From: Eubacteriales bacterium
GTDB taxonomy: Bacteria; Bacillota; Clostridia; Oscillospirales; CAG-272
DNA length: 64,000 nt
Direction: 5' to 3'
Assembly (NCBI GenBank): GCA_045587385.1
Contig: JAZNCE010000007.1
Location: 1,090 to 65,089 of the forward strand
Shown: positions 17,434 through 26,356 of the stretch, in pieces
How positions within the stretch are numbered: the stretch's first letter is position 1
Layout of the letters: each line of letters starts with the position of its first letter
Made by a program: the position numbers and the translations under genes
Notes under the pieces: model-generated
What the model saw: the letters and a program-made list of their open reading frames with translations, nothing else
What the model was told of the DNA's origin: nothing
Databases searched by the model: none

Positions 17434-19743
17434 ATGTTACCGCTTGATAAGCTCTCCGATCATGCATTGCAGGCATTGTCCGGTGCAGGTGTAGACACCG
17501 AGCACATAGACGTTGCTTTTTATATGGATCTTGGACTCGACGCAAACTTCGGACAGGTATACCTTGCCATCAGCAAACAGGATGGCAAGCTTTATCGCGT
17601 TGCCGAAAAGGTGGAGTCCTTTTCTCTTTGTACGCTGACCGATGCGAGCATTGACAATTTTACCACCACCAACCGTCTGACCGCCACGTGGCACGCAGAG
17701 GGTGACACCGCACCCGAAAAGACCGAGGACATGACAGACGAGCAATTCGGTGAGCTGAAAAAGGCTTACGACGCGCGCGGACAAGCCGTGATCGTGGGCT
17801 TTTGCACCAACTCCTGCAAGCGCAAGCTGCTCGCCTTTATCAATATATGGGAACGCCTTGCGCGTGGCGACGAGATAACCGAGGAAGACCCCATCTTTGA
17901 GCAATTTTTCGCCAAGTGCCCCAAGTGCGGCAAGCTTTTTGACGATCCGCTGCGCCGCATCTGCAAAAGCTGCACCAATAAAAAGGGCACGCTGCGCCGC
18001 CTTCTGGGCTACTTCTCCCCCTTCAAGCTGCAGCTGGTGATCATCTCCTTCTGCCTGCTTGGATCCACAGCCATCTCGCTGGTCTCGCCCTACATTTCGG
18101 GCAAGATGCTCTACGACCGCGTCATTTCTCCCGACGGTGACTTGCGCGAGGAAAAATTCGTGTACATATTAGTCGGTGTGATCATCGCCCTTGCGCTGCT
18201 CTCGCTGTTTATTTCCATCGTGCAGAGCCGCTGCAACGCCTACATGTCCACCGAGGTGACCAAGCGCATGAAGAACGATATCTTCCGCGCCATGAACCGC
18301 CTCTCACTCTCCTACTTCAACTCCCAGCCCACGGGTAAGCTGATCAACCGCGTCAATTACGATGCCGAAAAGGTGCGCAACTTCTTTATCAACGGCGTGC
18401 CCTACCTGATCGTGCACGCCATGCAGTTTGTAGGTCTGACCATCGTGCTCATGATCCTCAACCCCTGGCTGACACTCATGATCCTTTTGCCCGTTCCGAT
18501 CATCGTGCTGATCTTCAAATACCGCCTGCCCCATCTGTGGCGTTCCTTCTCTCGCGCATGGCGCGCCTCCTCCTCGCTGACCGGTGTGCTCAACGATTCG
18601 CTTTCCGGCATCCGCGTGGTCAAGGCGTTTGCAAAGGAGGACGTCGAGACCAAGCAATTCTACGGCTACTCCACAAGACTCATGCAGGCAAATCTGCGCT
18701 CCAACCTCATCGCCCTTTCCATCTTCCCTGTCATTTCGCTGATCATCGGTGTGTTCGGCAACATGGTCTGGGGTGTGGGCGGCTTGCAGGTCATCGGCAA
18801 GCAGATGTCTTACGGTGATCTTTCCATGTTCGTCAGCTACATGGGCATGGTCTTTGCCCCCTTGAACTTCTTCTCGCAGTTTACCAACATGCTCACCGAC
18901 ACGCTCAACAGCGCACAGCGTATGTTTGAGGTGCAGGACATGATCCCCGATATTACCGACGCGCCCGACGCCGTCGAGATGCCCGAGATTCGCGGCGATA
19001 TCGAATTCAAGGGCGTCGGCTTCCATTACAACCCCAACCGTCCCATCTTGAAGGACGTCACCTTTACCATTCATCAAGGTGACCGCATCGGTCTTGTGGG
19101 TCACACGGGCAGCGGCAAATCCACCATTGCCAATCTGATCACGCGCATGTACGACGTGGTCAGCGGCAGCGTGACCATTGACGGCGTGGACGTCAAGCAG
19201 ATCAAGCAAGCCTCGCTGCGCGGCGGCATTGCCATCGTTTCCCAAGAGATTTTCATTTTCCGCGGCACGATTGCCGATAACATTCGCTACGGCAAACCCG
19301 AGGCTACCATAGAGGAGGTCATTGCCGCAGCCCGCGCTGCCAACGCGCACGATTTCATCATGGCTCTGCCCGAGGGATATGAAACCATGGTTGGTATCGG
19401 CTCGCGTTCGCTTTCGGGCGGTGAGCGTCAGCGCGTCTCCATCGCGCGTGCGCTCTTGCTGGATCCCGCTATTCTGATCCTTGACGAGGCAACCGCCGCT
19501 ATGGATACCGAAACCGAGCACCAGATCAGCACAGCGATTGATAAGCTGATCGAAGGCAAGACCAGCATCAGCATTGCGCACCGCCTCTCCACGCTCAAAA
19601 ACTGCAACTACATCATGGCAATGGAAAACGGTGAGCTGGTGGAAATGGGTACGCAGGAAGAGCTGATGGAAAAAGAGGGCGTTTACTACAAGCTGTGGAC
19701 GCTGCAGAACGAACAAATGACCAAGGTTATGGAAGGCAAATAA
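17434..19743 (+). CDS. ABC exporter half-transporter (TMD-NBD) with a cytoplasmic N-terminal extension of about 190 aa
   Basis: Walker A GHTGSGKST, signature LSGGERQRVSIARAL, Walker B ILILDEATAAMD. The extension contains a zinc-ribbon-like CPKCG...CKSC. Confidence 0.92.
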   Translation: MLPLDKLSDHALQALSGAGVDTEHIDVAFYMDLGLDANFGQVYLAISKQDGKLYRVAEKVESFSLCTLTDASIDNFTTTNRLTATWHAEGDTAPEKTEDMTDEQFGELKKAYDARGQAVIVGFCTNSCKRKLLAFINIWERLARGDEITEEDPIFEQFFAKCPKCGKLFDDPLRRICKSCTNKKGTLRRLLGYFSPFKLQLVIISFCLLGSTAISLVSPYISGKMLYDRVISPDGDLREEKFVYILVGVIIALALLSLFISIVQSRCNAYMSTEVTKRMKNDIFRAMNRLSLSYFNSQPTGKLINRVNYDAEKVRNFFINGVPYLIVHAMQFVGLTIVLMILNPWLTLMILLPVPIIVLIFKYRLPHLWRSFSRAWRASSSLTGVLNDSLSGIRVVKAFAKEDVETKQFYGYSTRLMQANLRSNLIALSIFPVISLIIGVFGNMVWGVGGLQVIGKQMSYGDLSMFVSYMGMVFAPLNFFSQFTNMLTDTLNSAQRMFEVQDMIPDITDAPDAVEMPEIRGDIEFKGVGFHYNPNRPILKDVTFTIHQGDRIGLVGHTGSGKSTIANLITRMYDVVSGSVTIDGVDVKQIKQASLRGGIAIVSQEIFIFRGTIADNIRYGKPEATIEEVIAAARAANAHDFIMALPEGYETMVGIGSRSLSGGERQRVSIARALLLDPAILILDEATAAMDTETEHQISTAIDKLIEGKTSISIAHRLSTLKNCNYIMAMENGELVEMGTQEELMEKEGVYYKLWTLQNEQMTKVMEGK

Positions 19744-19755
19744 GGAGGGATGACT

Positions 19756-20379
19756 ATGCAAAACAAATATAGATACATGCACCACGGTGGACCTCACGGC
19801 GGACGCTTCGGTCACGGTGGGCCTCACGGCGCAGGGGGCGAGCGTCCCTTGTTTGAAAAGCGCGTGTCCGTTGTCCTGCATCCGCAAAACGCAGCCTTCA
19901 TGCGCTCGGGCGGCGGACTTCTGTCCTTGACGCTGACTAAGGAGGACGGCACGACCGAGGAATTCGAGAGAGTCATTCCCGTGCGCGCCTTCCCCATCAC
20001 CGATCCCGATTGCTATATCTGCATTCGCGAGCCCGACACCAAGAAAAAGGGCAAGGGCGAGGAGATCGGCATGATCGAGCGTCTGGACGCATTTGACGAG
20101 CAGGCACAGACCCTCATTTTAGAAGAGCTGGACCGCCGCTATTTTACCCCCGCGATCAAAAAGATCCATTCCCTGCATGAAAAATTCGGATACCTGTATT
20201 TTGACGTGACCACCACCGCAGGCCGCTCGGAATTCATCATGGCGAACCCCTCCGGCAGCTTCCGCACCCTGGAGGACGGCAGAATTTTCATGTACGATAT
20301 CGACGGCAACTGCTATTGCGTGCAAGACCCCGAGGCGCTGGACAAAGCCAGCTTGAAGAAGATTGAGATCTATCTCTGA
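19756..20379 (+). CDS. DUF1854 domain protein
   Basis: It sits between the two ABC genes, and its C-terminal 150 aa resemble DUF1854. The N-terminus is His/Gly-rich (HHGGPHGGRFGHGGPHGAGG). Start at 19756, 7 nt after GGAGG; 19750 is the alternative. Confidence 0.8.
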   Translation: MQNKYRYMHHGGPHGGRFGHGGPHGAGGERPLFEKRVSVVLHPQNAAFMRSGGGLLSLTLTKEDGTTEEFERVIPVRAFPITDPDCYICIREPDTKKKGKGEEIGMIERLDAFDEQAQTLILEELDRRYFTPAIKKIHSLHEKFGYLYFDVTTTAGRSEFIMANPSGSFRTLEDGRIFMYDIDGNCYCVQDPEALDKASLKKIEIYL

Positions 20380-20391
20380 CGGAGGTATTTC

Positions 20392-22638
20392 ATGAAGCTG
20401 ATTTATGAGCTCGATTCCGCCAACCGCGCAGCATTGGAAGCAGCGGGCGGCGGAGACGAGAAAATTCTATACTGTATTCCCTTTGAATACGAGGATACGG
20501 GTACGGTGGATGGCTACATGGTGCTCACCCCTACCCACCTCTACAAGCTGTACGACGGCAAGCTTGGCGGCAAATGGGAAATGAGCCGCATGAGAGAGTT
20601 TTCCGTGGAAGTGATGTACGGCTGCGCAGGCTTTTACGCATATTATGACGAGGACTCCATCCTGCTCTGCCGCTTTGCCACGGGCAAGAGTCTGGTTCGC
20701 TATACCGTATTGGCGCACGGCTGCGACATGGTATCGGAAGGGCGCACGGAAAATCTGCCCACCAGCGACGAGCCCGAGCGTTACTGCCCCAAGTGCGGCA
20801 GACCCTTTATCCGCAACACGCACATCTGCCCCTATTGCCGCGACAAGGGAAAGATCTACAAAACGCTTTGGGATCTGACCAAGGGCATGCGCCTTTGGAT
20901 CATGGCACCGCTCTTTACCGCAGCCGTGGCACTTTGCCTGACCTTTATTGCCCCCTATTTCCAGGAAATTCTGATCAACGACTACATTCTTGCGGAAAAT
21001 CCGCTGTCGTTTGACACTTGGCAGGATTGGCTTTGGATGTTCCTTCTCGTCTCGGGCGCGATCGTATCCATTGATATTTTGCACCGCATACTGGGCATTG
21101 TGCAAAGCCGCATTTCCGCGGTGACCGGTGCACGCTTTACGCGCATGCTGCGCACCAAGCTCTTTGAAAAGATTCAAACGCTCACCATGGCGTCGGTACA
21201 GAAAAAATCCACGGGTGACCTCATGGGACGCATCAACAACGACGTCAACGTGGTGCAAAACTTCGTGGTGCACCTGCTGCCCACTTACTTTGCACAACTG
21301 GTTTCCTTTGTTGTGGGTCTGTTCCTGATTTTGTTCATGAGCTTTAAGCTGGGCGTGCCGCTCTTGGCACTCTACATCTTCCTGCCTCTGCCCATTGTGG
21401 TCATTGCGCTGTGGAGATTCCGCCGCATCATGCGTAAGCGCAACCGCCGCGCGTGGATGCTGGGCAGACGCACCAATCTGACTCTGCAGGACGTGCTCAG
21501 CGGCATCCGCGTAGTCAAGACCTACGGACGTGAGCAAAGTGCGATCGACACCTTTGCGGATTGCACCGAAAAGCAGGCAAAGCAAAACTACTCCAACGCC
21601 AAGCTCTTTGACGTGGTCTTCCCCGTCCTGGGCTTTGTGATGCGACTTGGCAGCTACTTCATTCTGTGGCACGGCAACCTGCTTTTGTTCCGCGGTGCAC
21701 TTGAGGTGGGTACGCTCAACCGCTTTAATTCTTATGCAAATATCATTTACGCACCTCTGATGCAGATCACCACCATTCCCCGTAATATCTCCGAATTCAT
21801 GACCTCGTTTGGCAAGATCATGGAGATCATGGAGGAGCAGCCCGAGATTGCAGATATTGCAGAGCCTCGCGACGTCAAGCTGCAGGGCGCAGTCAGCATC
21901 AGGAACGTAACCTTCGGCTACGAGAGTGCCGTTCCCGTGCTCAAAAACGTATCCTTGGACGTCCGGCCGGGTGAAATGATCGGCATCGTGGGTCATTCGG
22001 GCTGCGGCAAGTCCACGCTGATCAATCTGGTCATGCGCCTTTACGATCCTGCCGAGGGCTATATTGCATTTGACGGCGTTAACGCCAAGGAAATCAGCCA
22101 GACCGCGCTGCGCTCGCAGATCGGTGTGGTGCTACAGGAAACGCATCTGTTTTCGGGCACGGTACGCGACAACATCCGCTACGCAAAGCCGCACGCCACC
22201 AATGCCGAGGTCATTGCCGCTGCACGCGCAGCCAATGCGCACGACTTCATTATGTCGCTGCCGCAGGGATATAACACCGTGGTTGGCGAAAAGGGCTATT
22301 CCCTTTCGGGCGGTGAGCGTCAGCGCGTGGCAATCGCACGTGCGCTGATCCACAATCCCAAAATCCTGATTTTGGACGAGGCGACCGCAGCCCTTGACAC
22401 CGAGACCGAAAAGCTGATTCAGGATGCCATTGACGGCATGACCGAAAACCGCACGGTATTTGCCATTGCGCACCGCCTTTCCACGCTGCGCAATGCCGAC
22501 CGCATTCTGGTGCTGGATCACGGTGAGGTTGCCGAATGCGGCACGCACGTTGAGCTTTTGGAGGCGCAAGGCGTTTATTACAAGCTCGTAATGGCACAGG
22601 CACGCGCCGCTTTGGAAAAAACGGGCGGCATGATGTAG
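20392..22638 (+). CDS. ABC exporter half-transporter (TMD-NBD) with an N-terminal extension of about 170 aa; partner of 17434-19743
   Basis: GHSGCGKST, LSGGERQRVAIARAL, ILILDEATAALD. The extension contains CPKCG...CPYC. Confidence 0.92.
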   Translation: MKLIYELDSANRAALEAAGGGDEKILYCIPFEYEDTGTVDGYMVLTPTHLYKLYDGKLGGKWEMSRMREFSVEVMYGCAGFYAYYDEDSILLCRFATGKSLVRYTVLAHGCDMVSEGRTENLPTSDEPERYCPKCGRPFIRNTHICPYCRDKGKIYKTLWDLTKGMRLWIMAPLFTAAVALCLTFIAPYFQEILINDYILAENPLSFDTWQDWLWMFLLVSGAIVSIDILHRILGIVQSRISAVTGARFTRMLRTKLFEKIQTLTMASVQKKSTGDLMGRINNDVNVVQNFVVHLLPTYFAQLVSFVVGLFLILFMSFKLGVPLLALYIFLPLPIVVIALWRFRRIMRKRNRRAWMLGRRTNLTLQDVLSGIRVVKTYGREQSAIDTFADCTEKQAKQNYSNAKLFDVVFPVLGFVMRLGSYFILWHGNLLLFRGALEVGTLNRFNSYANIIYAPLMQITTIPRNISEFMTSFGKIMEIMEEQPEIADIAEPRDVKLQGAVSIRNVTFGYESAVPVLKNVSLDVRPGEMIGIVGHSGCGKSTLINLVMRLYDPAEGYIAFDGVNAKEISQTALRSQIGVVLQETHLFSGTVRDNIRYAKPHATNAEVIAAARAANAHDFIMSLPQGYNTVVGEKGYSLSGGERQRVAIARALIHNPKILILDEATAALDTETEKLIQDAIDGMTENRTVFAIAHRLSTLRNADRILVLDHGEVAECGTHVELLEAQGVYYKLVMAQARAALEKTGGMM

Positions 22639-22665
22639 CGCAGCCATGCGCTGCATCAGTGAAGA

Positions 22666-22702
22666 ATCGGCAGAGAACTTGTTTTCTCTGCCGATTTGTG
22701 TT
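22666..22702 (+). terminator. rho-independent terminator of the ABC cluster
   Basis: ATCGGCAGAGAA-CTTGTT-TTCTCTGCCGAT followed by TTGTGTT. Confidence 0.8.
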
Positions 22703-22717
22703 ATAATGGGATTACAT

Positions 22718-22872
22718 CGTAGGGCGGGGTAGCAAAGCGGCGCGAGGATCTTGAATGACACCACAGTGTGGTGTCAGACTCCGAGCGTGACCGAGCCCAC
22801 AGGCGAGACCTTGCTCCCGCTGTCACAAAAGATTTTTTTCGATAAAGCAGCGGGAGTAACCCCCCGCCCTAC
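22718..22872. repeat. long nested palindromic element, GTAGGG-headed (REP-like family)
   Basis: Outer arms are CGTAGGGCGGGG and CCCCGCCCTAC. Inner hairpins are GACACCAC-AGT-GTGGTGTC and CTCCCGCTG...CAGCGGGAG. Confidence 0.65.
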
Positions 22873-22955
22873 ATTTGCCCCGATGCCTTTTGTCATACAA
22901 AAACGAAACTGATGCGATAAATCAAACGAATGGAAAGATTAACGGAGGCGTTGAA

Positions 22956-23696
22956 ATGCAAAAGCCTGAAATGATTATTTTTGATTATGGACGCACATTG
23001 CTATATCAGCCAAACTTTAATACGTCAAATGGAAATAAGGCAATTTATCCATATATAAGCAGAAATCCGCGCAATATTACATTTGAGGAATATGATAAAA
23101 CCATCATAGAGTTATTTGCAAAAATCAAGGCGGAACGAGGAAATATCATCGAAATTCATGAGCATAATTTTTTGAAATTGGCAATGGAATATATGGATAT
23201 TTCGTTGTCTGTATCAATAGAAGAGGCAGAAGAGATCATTATGAACGGGATATCGCAAGGAGCCATAATGCCTTATGCTGATAAAATGCTGGATTATCTC
23301 AATGCAAAAGGAATCCGAACAGGCGTAATAAGCAATAATTGTTTTTCGGGCAATGCCTTGAAAAGTTTATTTGACAGACTTCTTCCAAGAAACAATTTTG
23401 AATTTGTTTTAGTGTCAAGTGATTACATCTTCAGAAAGCCACATAGTATGATGTTTGATATTGCATTACAAAAATCAGGCTTGTCAGCTGATAAAGTATG
23501 GTATTGCGGAGATAGCGTAGCCGCTGATGTACAAGGTGCAAAAAATGTTGGGATGTTTCCTGTTTTATATGAAGGAATGACTGTTGACTGTACCAGTCCT
23601 TTTGCGCATCAGAATGACGATTTGGAAATTGATTTTGAATATTTGCATATTCAAGATTGGAATGAACTGATCCATATATTGGAGCAAATGAATTGA
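22956..23696 (+). CDS. HAD-superfamily hydrolase (subfamily IA-like)
   Basis: DxG-type N-terminal motif (IIFDYGRTL) and a C-terminal GDSVAADVQGAKNVGM. Start at 22956 after GGAGG. The gene is AT-rich relative to its flanks. Confidence 0.8.
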   Translation: MQKPEMIIFDYGRTLLYQPNFNTSNGNKAIYPYISRNPRNITFEEYDKTIIELFAKIKAERGNIIEIHEHNFLKLAMEYMDISLSVSIEEAEEIIMNGISQGAIMPYADKMLDYLNAKGIRTGVISNNCFSGNALKSLFDRLLPRNNFEFVLVSSDYIFRKPHSMMFDIALQKSGLSADKVWYCGDSVAADVQGAKNVGMFPVLYEGMTVDCTSPFAHQNDDLEIDFEYLHIQDWNELIHILEQMN

Positions 23697-23710
23697 TATT
23701 TGCCGTCATG

Positions 23711-23820
23711 CAGGCGCGGTGATACCAAAAGCCTTGCCCCGCTGGGGAAGGTGGCGCCGCAGGCGACGGATGAGGTCCCCCTTCCCCAGTGGTGCAAGGC
23801 TTTTGGTTTCACCGCGCCTG
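23711..23820. repeat. long near-perfect hairpin element
   Basis: Outer arms CAGGCGCGGTGATACCAAAAGCCTTGC / GCAAGGCTTTTGGTTTCACCGCGCCTG. Inner arms CTGGGGAAGG / CCTTCCCCAG. The loop is about 25 nt. Confidence 0.7.
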
Positions 23821-23910
23821 CCCAATTATACCCGAATATGTGAAACAGCACTTGCCATTTTGGCTTTTATCATGTATAATTAAGGAAAGCCCCCGAAAGG
23901 AGTTTGAGAC

Positions 23911-26331
23911 ATGAAAGAGGTACATCTGATCTGCAACGCACACATTGACCCCATCTGGCAATGGGATTGGCAGGAGGGCGCAGGCGCGGTGCTTTCCACC
24001 TTCCGCTCTGCCGTCAATCTGGCGCGCGAATTTGATTACGTTTTTTGCCACAACGAGGCAACCGTTTATAAATACGTAGAGGAATACGATCCCGGACTGT
24101 TTGAGGAGATCAAGAAATTGGTCAAAGCGGGCAAATGGCACATCATGGGCGGTTGGTATCTCCAGCCCGACTGCAACATGCCCTCGGGCGAGAGCATGAC
24201 GCGTCAGATCCTGGAGGGAAAGCGATACTTCCTTGACAAGTTTGGTACCTTCCCCTCGACCGCCATCAATTTTGACTCCTTTGGTCACAGCGCAGGACTT
24301 GTGCAGATCATTGCCAAGTGCGGACAGGACAGCTATATCTGCTGCCGTCCCGACCCATATGCCTGCCCCGAGCCCGCAAGACAGTTTATCTGGCAGGGCT
24401 TTGACGGCTCGCGCATCAAGGTCATGCGTGCTTACGACGGCGGCTACAACACCCCCATGGGCAACTCGCTTGACGCGATCATCAACAAGGCAAACGCGCA
24501 GCCCGATGATACTGTATGCGTGCTTTGGGGCGTGGGCAACCACGGCGGCGGTCCCTCTCGCAAGGACCTTGCCGACATTCAGGCTTATATGAAAGAAGGC
24601 GACAGCCTCTGTCTCATCCACTCCACTCCCGAGCAGTTCTTTGCGAGCATTGACCCCACGGCGGTATACGAGCAATCCCTGCGCATCTCCATGCCGGGCT
24701 GCTACACCTCCATGGGTAAGATCAAGCGTAAGCACGTACAGCTGGAAAACGAGTTGTACGTAGCGGAAAAGATGCTGTCTGCGGCTTGCATTTCGGGTGC
24801 GCTTTCCGAGTACCCCGAAGATAAGCTGCACGAGATCACCGAGGATCTGCTGGGCGCAGAATTTCACGACGTGCTCCCCGGCTCTTGCATCCAATCGGGC
24901 GAGGATAACGGGCTCAAGCTGCTCGACCACGGACTTTTGGAGGCAGAGCGCCTCAAAACCCGCGCTTTCTTTGCCATGTCGCTGGATCAGAAGGTGGCAG
25001 CAGAGGGCGAATATCCCGTATTGGTATATAACCCCAACGCCACGCCCTTTGCAGGCAACGTGGAGTTTGAGCTCATGCTTGCCGACCAGAACTGGACGGA
25101 CAGCTATACGCACATCATCATCAAGGACGAGGACGGCAACGAGATCCCCTCGCAATGCGTCAAGGAGGAAAGCAATCTTGCCCTTGACTGGCGCAAGCGC
25201 GTAACCTTCTTTGCCGAGGTCCCGCCCATGAGCATGCGCCGCTACGGCGCGTACGCGCGTGTCCTGCCCGAAAAGCCGGGTGCAAAATGCGCGGATACGG
25301 TGTTTGATAACGGACATAAGCGCGTGGTCATCGACGGAAAGACCGGTCTTTTGACGTCGTTTGTCCTGGACGGTAAGGAATACGTGCACGACGCTTTTTC
25401 GCTGTGTGCCTTTGACGACAACCCCGACCCTTGGGGCATGCAAGCCTTCCAGCTCCCCCGCCTTGGCACGAACGAGCAGCCCTTTACCCTTTGCTCTCCC
25501 CCCGACGGTCCCTTTGAGGGGCTTGCTCCCATCTCGGTCATTGAGGACGGCGACATTTACCTTGGCGTGGAAGCCTTGTTTGCCTACGAGCGCACACGTG
25601 CCCGCGTGCTTTATAAGATCTATAAGAACAACGACCTTGTGGACGTGGACGTCACCCTGTTCCTTGGCGATATCAACCGTTTTATCAAGCTCAAGGTGCC
25701 TTTCTCTACAGATGGCAAGCTGATCGGTCAGACCGTATTCGGCACGGAAGAGCTTTATATGGACGCACGCGAGAACGTATCTCAACGCTTTATCGCGCTG
25801 GATGACGGCAAGACCTGCACCGCACTCCTCAATAACTGCACATACGGCAGCCACTTTGAAAACGGTGCGCTCTACCTCTCTCTCTGCCGCGGCGTGACCT
25901 ATTGCGCACACCCCATTATGGCAAGACCCATCATCCCCACCGACCGCTTCACCAAGAAGATCGACCAGGGCGAGAATGCCTACTCCTTCCGCCTCGGTGT
26001 GTTTGCACGCGAGGAGCTGGAGAACGCAGCGCAGCTCTTTAACCATAAGCCCTACGTGCTAAACGTATTCCCCACCGGCAGCGCGCACCCCGCAACCAAG
26101 CCTTTTTCGATCGAGCTTGGCAACAATGCCGTCAGCCTTGTCACACTCAAGCGCAAGGACGACACCAAGGATACCTATATCCTGCGCCTGTTCAATAACA
26201 CCCCCGACGCGCAAAGCGGCACCCTCTGCCTGTGCGGCACATCCCTGCCCCTTACCTATACGCCCTACGAGGCAAAAACAGTGCTGTATAAGGACGGCGT
26301 ATTAACAGAGGCAGAGGCTTTGATGATTTAA
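23911..26331 (+). CDS. glycoside hydrolase family 38 (alpha-mannosidase-like)
   Basis: N-terminal GH38 signature (HLICNAHIDPIWQW). 806 aa. Confidence 0.85.
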   Translation: MKEVHLICNAHIDPIWQWDWQEGAGAVLSTFRSAVNLAREFDYVFCHNEATVYKYVEEYDPGLFEEIKKLVKAGKWHIMGGWYLQPDCNMPSGESMTRQILEGKRYFLDKFGTFPSTAINFDSFGHSAGLVQIIAKCGQDSYICCRPDPYACPEPARQFIWQGFDGSRIKVMRAYDGGYNTPMGNSLDAIINKANAQPDDTVCVLWGVGNHGGGPSRKDLADIQAYMKEGDSLCLIHSTPEQFFASIDPTAVYEQSLRISMPGCYTSMGKIKRKHVQLENELYVAEKMLSAACISGALSEYPEDKLHEITEDLLGAEFHDVLPGSCIQSGEDNGLKLLDHGLLEAERLKTRAFFAMSLDQKVAAEGEYPVLVYNPNATPFAGNVEFELMLADQNWTDSYTHIIIKDEDGNEIPSQCVKEESNLALDWRKRVTFFAEVPPMSMRRYGAYARVLPEKPGAKCADTVFDNGHKRVVIDGKTGLLTSFVLDGKEYVHDAFSLCAFDDNPDPWGMQAFQLPRLGTNEQPFTLCSPPDGPFEGLAPISVIEDGDIYLGVEALFAYERTRARVLYKIYKNNDLVDVDVTLFLGDINRFIKLKVPFSTDGKLIGQTVFGTEELYMDARENVSQRFIALDDGKTCTALLNNCTYGSHFENGALYLSLCRGVTYCAHPIMARPIIPTDRFTKKIDQGENAYSFRLGVFAREELENAAQLFNHKPYVLNVFPTGSAHPATKPFSIELGNNAVSLVTLKRKDDTKDTYILRLFNNTPDAQSGTLCLCGTSLPLTYTPYEAKTVLYKDGVLTEAEALMI

Positions 26332-26356
26332 CAAATACGAAAGGAGAGGGCACAAC

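Noticed and set aside
22875-22955. The TTG start at 22875 for the HAD gene. The same issue applies to the extended starts at 17264 (cysK), 9950 (sigma), 32078 (mmcQ-like), 49804, 50915, 27481 and 28509.
   Set aside because: In each case an internal ATG sits 5-9 nt after a GGAGG-type Shine-Dalgarno site and gives the family-typical N-terminus. The upstream extensions overlap repeats, terminators or neighbouring genes.
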